DNA of 63,472 nucleotides, the filler included, from Octopus bimaculoides (taxonomy: Eukaryota), in the NCBI RefSeq assembly GCF_001194135.2. It is 5 parts of 5 records of this genome, joined end to end, with 100 filler letters (N's around TTAATTAATTAA, not from the genome) between each part and the next. Parts side by side here need not be neighbours in the genome. Positions count along the whole stretch, not along the records: positions 51,319 to 55,578 come from NC_068981.1; positions 55,679 to 58,998 come from NC_068989.1; positions 59,099 to 63,472 come from NW_026430149.1; 2 more parts are not named here. The stretch is one strand, 5' to 3'. This document shows, in pieces, positions 54,101-63,472 of this stretch (position 1 is the stretch's first letter; each line of letters opens with the position of its first letter). The notes under the pieces are model-generated. The model had not been told where the DNA came from. It saw only the letters and a program-made list of their open reading frames with translations, and did not search any database. The translations under genes were made by a program, and so were the position numbers.

Positions 54101-55098
54101 NNNNNNNNNNNNNNNNNNNNNNNNNNNNNNNNNNNNNNNNNNNNNNNNNNNNNNNNNNNNNNNNNNNNNNNNNNNNNNNNNNNNNNNNNNNNNNNNNNNN
54201 NNNNNNNNNNNNNNNNNNNNNNNNNNNNNNNNNNNNNNNNNNNNNNNNNNNNNNNNNNNNNNNNNNNNNNNNNNNNNNNNNNNNNNNNNNNNNNNNNNNN
54301 NNNNNNNNNNNNNNNNNNNNNNNNNNNNNNNNNNNNNNNNNNNNNNNNNNNNNNNNNNNNNNNNNNNNNNNNNNNNNNNNNNNNNNNNNNNNNNNNNNNN
54401 NNNNNNNNNNNNNNNNNNNNNNNNNNNNNNNNNNNNNNNNNNNNNNNNNNNNNNNNNNNNNNNNNNNNNNNNNNNNNNNNNNNNNNNNNNNNNNNNNNNN
54501 NNNNNNNNNNNNNNNNNNNNNNNNNNNNNNNNNNNNNNNNNNNNNNNNNNNNNNNNNNNNNNNNNNNNNNNNNNNNNNNNNNNNNNNNNNNNNNNNNNNN
54601 NNNNNNNNNNNNNNNNNNNNNNNNNNNNNNNNNNNNNNNNNNNNNNNNNNNNNNNNNNNNNNNNNNNNNNNNNNNNNNNNNNNNNNNNNNNNNNNNNNNN
54701 NNNNNNNNNNNNNNNNNNNNNNNNNNNNNNNNNNNNNNNNNNNNNNNNNNNNNNNNNNNNNNNNNNNNNNNNNNNNNNNNNNNNNNNNNNNNNNNNNNNN
54801 NNNNNNNNNNNNNNNNNNNNNNNNNNNNNNNNNNNNNNNNNNNNNNNNNNNNNNNNNNNNNNNNNNNNNNNNNNNNNNNNNNNNNNNNNNNNNNNNNNNN
54901 NNNNNNNNNNNNNNNNNNNNNNNNNNNNNNNNNNNNNNNNNNNNNNNNNNNNNNNNNNNNNNNNNNNNNNNNNNNNNNNNNNNNNNNNNNNNNNNNNNNN
55001 NNNNNNNNNNNNNNNNNNNNNNNNNNNNNNNNNNNNNNNNNNNNNNNNNNNNNNNNNNNNNNNNNNNNNNNNNNNNNNNNNNNNNNNNNNNNNNNNNN

Positions 55099-55134
<36 letters not shown>

Positions 55135-55678
55135 AACACACACACACACACAAACACAAACACACACACAAACACACACACACACACACTCGTACAGTCA
55201 ATCAGTTGCAGACTCACATTCATTATTTTACCGTACACTCGTCTCTAAATACGCAACGTTTTCAAATAGAATATATATTTCAGCCTTAACTTCGCATTCT
55301 GCAATGAATTAGGCTTTGTGACAATAACGGTTATTAGCAAATATTACAGTGAAGATTGAAGAAAACATTCTGGATATGCATATAGATTGACACGGCGCAT
55401 TTCTCATTACACATAAACACACACGCAAACACAAAAAAAAAACAATACACATATATGGAGAAAGCAATGAGTACGTAAAGAATACATGACTGGAGGGACA
55501 AATTTTAAATTTTCTTTTGTGTGTATGTGTGTGGATAAGCACACGTATACACAGTCACCTGTATATATATATATATATNNNNNNNNNNNNNNNNNNNNNN
55601 NNNNNNNNNNNNNNNNNNNNNNTTAATTAATTAANNNNNNNNNNNNNNNNNNNNNNNNNNNNNNNNNNNNNNNNNNNN

Positions 55679-55722
<44 letters not shown>

Positions 55723-56235
55723 CTCCTGCACGTAAGTAGGCGTATGTGCGTGCGTGTGTACCTCTAGCACCAAAAGCATACTTTCGCTAAAAGAGGCCGA
55801 ATATCCAGTCAGCTGTGCCAACACATCAGCACCCAAACTACTGCGCCCAATTGCTACATTCTGGCGATGAACAACTTCGAACGTTTAATTCTGATACAAC
55901 AACGCTGTGGTAATCTACAAATGAATGTTCCTTCCATCTCCTGACCTGTTGTCTTTCGAAATTCCGAGAGTCTGGCACAACTGATTCGTTCGAACCAACA
56001 ATCGACTGTTACTTATTTCATCGATCCCAGAGGGATGGAAAACAAAATAGATACCGGTTGGATCTTAATTATTTTTAAATATTATACCAGGTGAATAAGG
56101 CCGTTTTTGTGGTGTTACACCAAGTTGAAAGATGTCTTGTTTCATAGCAGTATCTGTCTTGTTTCATAGCAGTATCCTAGGTTAATAATGATGTTTGCAA
56201 CGCTTGTACCTATTCTAAATGTTATCCTAAGTGAA

Positions 56236-56470
56236 CTAAAGTCACATCCAACTGTTACATAGTATTAACTGGGCTAATGACCTATCTAACTGGACCAGTT
56301 ATCCAGGGCTTGCAAGTAAACTAATAACAAACCCAGCTATTCTGTAGTGTTCTCCATGACCAGCTAATGAGGTATCTAACTGATTTGAAAGATTATCCCA
56401 GACTAACTAATGGCATATCCAACTGTTTTGTAATGTAATGTTTGGTTAAATAATAACCTGTATTCAGCTA
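56236..56470 (+). repeat. Degenerate tandem array, period about 43 bp
   Basis: Motif CTAAtgnnntATCyAACTG at 56236, 56274, 56364 and 56407, with weaker copies at 56321 and about 56450. Confidence 0.6.
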
Positions 56471-57238
56471 GAACGTAAAGAAACATAACGAAATCGGTAT
56501 CAAACACTATCCATTCTGTCAATCTACTACATTATAGAAAATTTATTTCGTACGATTAGCACAAAACCTTACAACTGCGGAACAGTATATACCAGACTGA
56601 TAACTGCATAGTGTAGTTTGCATGAAGTTGTGTAATGTGTAAATAATATAAATATTTTAATTTTTTTAAGTACAGCAGTTTGGAGGTTAGGCAAAATATC
56701 GGTTTGAGTTGACGTTCATAAAACTTTTTTTCCCTAACTCTTGAATTATTATTTTTTTTATCTTCTATTTGATAAGGAGAACGTTTCCCGAAATATGACC
56801 GAAGCATTAAACAACTTATGCAAAGTAAAACAATATCTAGTCTGTATCTATATTTATCAGCATCATCTTACATATTTCGGTTAACTTCTTATGCGTTAAA
56901 AAAAAAAACTTTTAAAATATTTATAGACTGATAATTATTTTATCTCTACTAGGGGCACAAACAGTTAAGTTAGTCTCGATAAAATAGGAACAGAGAAACT
57001 TATAACGATAAAATGTATCACTCTGAGTACGTCAGTGAGGCATTTCTGCTGACTTACCACTCGGCTTCATTTCAATTATATTCAACTCGAAAATGTGTAT
57101 TTTCTCAATTTCTTTATTCGATATAAATCTTCCAGGGTTAATGAATGGGCAGAACTGGTGGAACACAGGGGAAAATTCCTTGCAGTATTAGGCTCTTTAG
57201 TTATACACATATACACATGCATATGTACATATTCTATA

Positions 57239-57418
57239 AGCTTGCTTCCCCAAAACATGGTGCGGGGTACCTGAGTTCAAATTCCACCGAAGTCGACTTT
57301 GCCTTTCATCCTTTCGGGGTCGATAAAAAAAGTACCAGTTGAATACTGAGTCGATGTAATCTATTTAACCCAGCACTTGTTGGCCTTGGGCCAGGATTTG
57401 AAACTAATTATTATTATG
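57239..57418 (+). mobile_element. Chimeric SINE (family B head fragment plus family A body)
   Basis: agcttgcttccc...acatgg is joined to ctgagttcaaattccaccgaagtcgactttgcctttcatcc. Confidence 0.7.
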
Positions 57419-57460
57419 ATTAAAACTGTTTTAAATAGTAATCCTATTTTTAAAAAAAGT

Positions 57461-57774
57461 TACAAAGCCTGAAATTTGGATGAGGGGTATAGTCGATTAC
57501 ATCGACCCTAGTACTCAACTGGTACTTATTTTATCGATCTCGAGAGGATGAAAGGTAAAGTCGACCTCGGCGGAATTTGAACTCAGAACGTAAAGACGGA
57601 CGAAATGCCGCTAAGCAGGAGTGGCTGTGTGGTAAGTAGCTTGCTTATCAACCACATGGTTCCGGGTTCAGTCCCACTGCGTGGCACCTTGGGCAAGTGT
57701 CTTCTACTATAGCCTCGGGCCGACCAAAGCCTTGTGAGTGGATTTGGTAGACGGAAACTGAAAGAAGCCCGTCG

Positions 57775-57823
<49 letters not shown>

Positions 57824-58060
57824 TTGTGTGTCTGTGTTTGTCCCCACAACATCGCTTGACAACCGATGCTGGTGTGTTTACGTCCCCGTAACTTAGCGGT
57901 TCGGCAAAAGAGACCGATAGAATAAGTGCTAGGCTTCCAAAGAATAAGTCCTGGGGTCGATTTGCTCGACTAAAGGCGGTGCTCCAGCATGGCCGCGGTC
58001 AAATGACTGAAACAAGTAAAAGAGTAAAAGAGTAAGTGCGGTAACGATTCTGCCAGCTCG
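57461..58060 (-). mobile_element. SINE family A interrupted by a family B insertion
   Basis: Body at 57461-57614. The head resumes at 58036-58060 (taacgattctgccagctcg). Confidence 0.85.
57615..58034 (+). mobile_element. SINE family B, full length
   Basis: tRNA-like head, CORE-like gcaccttgggcaagtgtctt, internal (TA)/(TG)n, and (AAAGAGT)n tail. Confidence 0.92.
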
Positions 58061-58844
58061 TGTGTATACACAGAATACATACACACCAACACTCACAGAG
58101 ACATACACACACAAGGAAACACACACACACACACACCACGTGTTTTGCAGAATATACGCTCAAGCGCTAGAGACATGACACGCGCGTGCACACACACACG
58201 TACACACACACGATCACTCACACGCGATTGCGAACGAGATAGAAGCACGCACACACAGACACAGCAGGGAGTTACAAAGTGCGTGTGTGTAAGTCATACT
58301 TATGACTTCAGTATTAAAGGCAACTTAATGTCTGCCTGTCTGTCTGTTTCTGGAGTGGTGGAGGCTGACTGACTACATCGGCAACAACTGTGAACAGATC
58401 TGCTCCCAGAACAGGCCCGACCGGAGCAACACAACTTCCAAGTTAGCCGCAACGCAACACGACACAACACAACACAATGAACTGTGTGTAAAACCATGAT
58501 ATTGCTTTTGCTATTAAGGGGAACCGTTCCTATGCATAATTGAGAATCCATCTGTTTTCAGTCCGGAGATACGATATCTTTGCAGATATAAAAATCGCGC
58601 TCACGCACTGTCTGACGCGCGTGCGTGAATCCACGAGCACGTTCGTTCAGACAGACGCAGGTTTAACAGTCATTCAGGAAAAAAAAAAGAAAAAAACCTA
58701 CACACGCTCGTATAGAAAGACTCTCATATACACTCACTCACTCAGAAACACGCACACACGCATAAGCTGCATTTGTCAATATATATATATATATATATAT
58801 GTAATACAAACTATATATGAGTATATGCATATATATACATTATT

Positions 58845-58975
58845 TACATTATTTACATTTGACGGATATTCGTCCTCATCTTGTTTGTTAACACAACGTT
58901 TCGGCTGATATACCCTCCAGCCTTCGTCAGGTGTCTTGGGGAAATTTCGAACCTGGGTTCTCATTCCTATCGATG
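58845..58975 (-). mobile_element. Penelope-like terminal remnant
   Basis: Next to (TA)n. The minus strand carries cctgacgaagg...ccgaaacgttg, typical of Penelope ends. Confidence 0.65.
58890..58935 (-). ncRNA. Minimal type I hammerhead ribozyme (dimer type)
   Basis: GACAC-CUGACGA-A-GGCUG(GAGGGUAUAU)CAGCC-GAAA-CGU-U|GUGUU: stem I 5 bp, stem II 5 bp, palindromic ACGU as stem III. Confidence 0.7.
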
Positions 58976-59097
58976 TTACTATTATTATTATTATTATTNN
59001 NNNNNNNNNNNNNNNNNNNNNNNNNNNNNNNNNNNNNNNNNNTTAATTAATTAANNNNNNNNNNNNNNNNNNNNNNNNNNNNNNNNNNNNNNNNNNN

Positions 59098-59250
59098 NAT
59101 GCGACCATGCTGGAACCTCCAGAAATCGCCCCCAGGACTTATTCTTTGTAAGACTTGTACTTATTCTATTGTTCTCTTTTACTGAACCGCTAGCTTACGT
59201 GGACCTAAACACACTAAATCTGGCTGTGTAGTGACGGTCGGAGGACAAGC
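59098..59250 (-). mobile_element. SINE family B, decayed 3' half
   Basis: gcgaccatgctgga...ccccaggacttattctttgtaag...gaaccgctagcttacg. Confidence 0.7.
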
Positions 59251-59304
59251 GCGGGCGCAAAAACCCACACACATAAATACACACACACACACTTTATATA
59301 TATA

Positions 59305-60025
59305 TGCTAGCTGACGCCCCCGGTAATTTCCGGGAAAGCGGGGCTTATCCCTTGGTTCTGCACTCTATTGGGATCTTTCTGTTAGGAATTCCTAATAAAT
59401 TATGAATACTCAAATTATGAAGTCAGTTATGTAATAACATGAAATTAGTTACCCGATGGTAAGAATTCAAATAAAGTAGCCCCGAAAAGGGCTTTAATGC
59501 GTTCCACGAGTATATAGTACATAGGAGGAAATACTAATGAAGTATGTATTCTAAAATCGTGAAGTATGTTACGTAATAACAGGCTAATCAGATATGAGAT
59601 AACAATTCAAATAACTCTGAACAGGGCTTTTGTGCGTTCCCAGAGAATATTACCCTCAGGGGCGCTAATGTTTGTATATTCGTGAATAGGTCACTAACCG
59701 AAATAAGTGGATCTATTTGTTTAGAAAAATACTATTTATTTGTTTAAGGGTTGGATAAATTGCGAAAATGACTCTAACAGTTCAAATACTAAGAAATAAG
59801 CATACTGAATTTGATTTGTACCAAATAATTTAGGAAAATGTATAAGGATCCCTTTCAGTGTAGTTACCGATCTTCTTCAACAATCTGAGTATGCCATAAG
59901 TTTTCCAGACATGAGTTCTACTCCCATGTCAAGTTTCAACAAAATTGATAAAACGATGTAGGAGGGGTTAGCTAACAACTCCACAAAGAAAGCCACAGAG
60001 AGAATTTTCCACATATAAAGTAGAT
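59305..60025 (+). mobile_element. Non-autonomous Helitron/Helentron-like element
   Basis: 5' gctagctgacgccc with hairpin cccgg-taattt-ccggg. 3' catgtcaagtttcaacaaaatt...atataaagtagat, resembling Lep1/HINE-type ends (recalled). Internal duplication of about 142 bp. Confidence 0.65.
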
Positions 60026-60030
60026 ATACA

Positions 60031-60140
60031 CACGACGGGCTCCTTCTAGTTTTTTTTTATTCTACCGAATCCATTCACAAGGCTTTGATCGACCGGAGGA
60101 TACAGTAGAAGACAGTTGTCCAAAGTGCCACACAGTGGGA
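60031..60140 (-). mobile_element. SINE family B fragment
   Basis: cgacgggc...ccattcacaaggctttg...agaagacagttgtccaaagtgccacacagtgggac. Confidence 0.75.
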
Positions 60141-61955
60141 CTTTTATACATATGAATGAGTATATGCACTTAAACTTCACAGTACCACCATACGCTTCGT
60201 TTGAATGCATATTTAAATAGCGTACATAATTAGGCAATTCTTTTAATGTCCGCAAGTGTAGTTTCTACCGGATGCAAGTTTACTAAAATATTTTTACTCA
60301 TGATCTAAAACTCGCAAGTGAGTCCGACTTGGTAGGATGCATCATTATTTTGCTAATTGTTTTCGTTGTGTGTGAAACTGCGAGCACACACTCACGCATG
60401 CACACATACCACACACGTGCACAAACAAAGACTTTCGATCCCCCCCCCTTGGGCTAGCCGATCATCTAATTCGGTGTTTCTCAACTCATTTTTACATATG
60501 TACCCCTTTGGTTCCTATTTTACTCTACTGGATTGCTAAAATACTTTGTGTATTGTAGAGGCATAAACAATTTATTGCATATAAATTTTAACAATAACAT
60601 ATTATGTGGACCCCGGTTGAGAAGCACTGATCTATTTTGTGAGGCTTGGGGGAAAACAGAAGGCCACAGCATTATTGCACTTGTTTTGTCAAATGATTAC
60701 ATGGGAACAACGAGAAATGTAGTGACTTGCTTATGGCCTCAAAGCACTATGCAGCCTTACAATCGAACTAACAAAAATTAGCACAGAACATTAAAACCGA
60801 GGTCACACACTGTCACCATTTAAATGCATAATTGTCCCACATGGCAACATCCAATAGTTTCGCGGTACAAACGTTTCTATGAATCTAAAAGCTCTAGCAG
60901 AGTGTTTAATGCATGATACATCAATATAGTACATTAAATGTATAGATTTGTATTTAAATTAACGTATACAGACTCACACACATAAATACACATACATATA
61001 CATATATATATATATATATATATANNNNNNNNNNNNNNNNNNNNNNNNNNNNNNNNNNNNNNNNNNNNNNNNNNNNNNNNNNNNNNNNNNNNNNNNNNNN
61101 NNNNNNNNNNNNNNNNNNNNNNNNNNNNNNNNNNNNNNNNNNNNNNNNNNNNNNNNNNNNNNNNNNNNNNNNNNNNNNNNNNNNNNNNNNNNNNNNNNNN
61201 NNNNNNNNNNNNNNNNNNNNNNNNNNNNNNNNNNNNNNNNNNNNNNNNNNNNNNNNNNNNNNNNNNNNNNNNNNNNNNNNNNNNNNNNNNNNNNNNNNNN
61301 NNNNNNNNNNNNNNNNNNNNNNNNNNNNNNNNNNNNNNNNNNNNNNNNNNNNNNNNNNNNNNNNNNNNNNNNNNNNNNNNNNNNNNNNNNNNNNNNNNNN
61401 NNNNNNNNNNNNNNNNNNNNNNNNNNNNNNNNNNNNNNNNNNNNNNNNNNNNNNNNNNNNNNNNNNNNNNNNNNNNNNNNNNNNNNNNNNNNNNNNNNNN
61501 NNNNNNNNNNNNNNNNNNNNNNNNNNNNNNNNNNNNNNNNNNNNNNNNNNNNNNNNNNNNNNNNNNNNNNNNNNNNNNNNNNNNNNNNNNNNNNNNNNNN
61601 NNNNNNNNNNNNNNNNNNNNNNNNNNNNNNNNNNNNNNNNNNNNNNNNNNNNNNNNNNNNNNNNNNNNNNNNNNNNNNNNNNNNNNNNNNNNNNNNNNNN
61701 NNNNNNNNNNNNNNNNNNNNNNNNNNNNNNNNNNNNNNNNNNNNNNNNNNNNNNNNNNNNNNNNNNNNNNNNNNNNNNNNNNNNNNNNNNNNNNNNNNNN
61801 NNNNNNNNNNNNNNNNNNNNNNNNNNNNNNNNNNNNNNNNNNNNNNNNNNNNNNNNNNNNNNNNNNNNNNNNNNNNNNNNNNNNNNNNNNNNNNNNNNNN
61901 NNNNNNNNNNNNNNNNNNNNNNNNNNNNNNNNNNNNNNNNNNNNNNNNNNNNNNN

Positions 61956-62321
61956 CAGTGTTACAAAAAACATTTTTCCTTCCCGTTTAAAGGAAGGTGG
62001 CGGAACGATATTCACGATAGACTCGGCTGATAAGTGGGCTCGTCCCACACGCGACAACAGCCGTTCGACGAAGGTCCACAGCTCTGAAATATCTGGACAC
62101 TGCACGAGTGCGTGCAGAACGGTTTCGTCGCTCTGACCGCATCTCGGGCAGGTCGGTCCGGTAGTTTTCGAACCGTGTCTGTAGATCTTCTCTCGAACTG
62201 GTAGTGCGTCCCGATAGCATTGCCAAGCCAGGGATCTCTGGAAATTATCCATAGGCGCCGGCCCGAACGTCGTCTTGAAAAGGCGGGTTAGGAATTTCTC
62301 ATCGACACACAGGTTTGCCCG
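61956..62321 (-). mobile_element. L1/Tx1-like LINE C-terminal fragment (zf-RVT/CCHC)
   Basis: Open frame RSLAWQCYRDALPVREKIYRHG...CPRCGQSDETVLHALVQCP...LW. Runs into a gap. Confidence 0.8.
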
Positions 62322-62378
<57 letters not shown>

Positions 62379-62787
62379 CACACACACATGTATCCACATA
62401 TAGCTACTCGCATTACAGGTATGTGGGAGTCCAAATGCAGACAAATATATGCACACACAAAGACATAAAACGTCAGTTTCAGCCTACAATAATACGTCAG
62501 GATATAAAAATATATCCGGACGTAAAAATACAACGAAGTGCTTCATTTAGTTTACCTCGAAAGAATTGAAAACAGTTTCAAACCTGTACATAAAGAAATA
62601 AGCAAGAATAATTTCACATCTGACTATGCTTTTTAAATGCAATTAATAAGGCTGTGTGCCTATGTGCATCATCGTTAAAAATTTATACGTGTCAATATAT
62701 GTAATTATTTACGTGTATGCATACAGAAAACTATATAATACAATCTGCGAGTTAAACCGGGAAACTAATATGTGTGTGTGTGTATAT

Positions 62788-62857
<70 letters not shown>

Positions 62858-62938
62858 GCACACACACATTTACAGACATCGTATTGTGTCAATTTACATG
62901 TTTATTTGTCTTATATGTATATACGTACAAATATATAT

Positions 62939-63057
<119 letters not shown>

Positions 63058-63472
63058 CAAATATATATATAGATATATATACATATATATGGGTGTATGT
63101 AGACAGATTTTTCTGCACTGTAAGGATTTTATCCTATATATGCTGTTCTATCAGCGTTTACGCGTTGAGAAAATATAACTTTCTACCCGTACTACAATAC
63201 ATTTCAGCGCTTCAAAAACAAACTCATATTTCTTTACATATGACGTAATATACAAAGATTTTTTTTTTTGTAAATTCTCACTACATATGTATACATATAC
63301 ATACAACTATATATAGATACATATATATTTACAAATATATATGCATATACATACATATATGCATACGAACACACACACACACAAACACATGGATATGCAG
63401 AATACATACATACAAACATACCCACATACATAGATATATACATACGCGCAGATACATACATATGTATGTATA

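Overview
AT-rich eukaryotic sequence from a gapped draft assembly, saturated with microsatellites and interspersed repeats. The repeat repertoire points to an octopus genome (inference). No intact protein-coding gene, tRNA/rRNA gene or CRISPR array is supported. Most ORFs in the track are translations of microsatellites or N-gaps. What is recognisable: (1) one large decayed R4/Dong-clade RLE retrotransposon (RT, CCHC and PD-(D/E)xK motifs) plus five shorter 3' fragments, nearly all against (TAA)n; (2) three decayed DD37D (maT) Tc1/mariner copies, several MITEs and a foldback element; (3) a non-autonomous Helitron-like element and an L1/Tx1-like fragment; (4) more than 25 tRNA-derived SINE copies from about six modular families; (5) Penelope-like termini, one carrying an apparently intact minimal hammerhead ribozyme. 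The most interesting candidates are the dimer-type hammerhead (58890-58935), a possible recursive-splicing ratchet point (28.9 kb), a 73-bp hairpin whose arm differences are G:U-compatible (37.0-37.2 kb), a SINE concatemer junction repeated at two loci, and (TAA)n-targeted retroelement nesting. Any host gene is represented only by speculative splice-site candidates. TE boundaries are approximate and family names were assigned by eye, without database searches.
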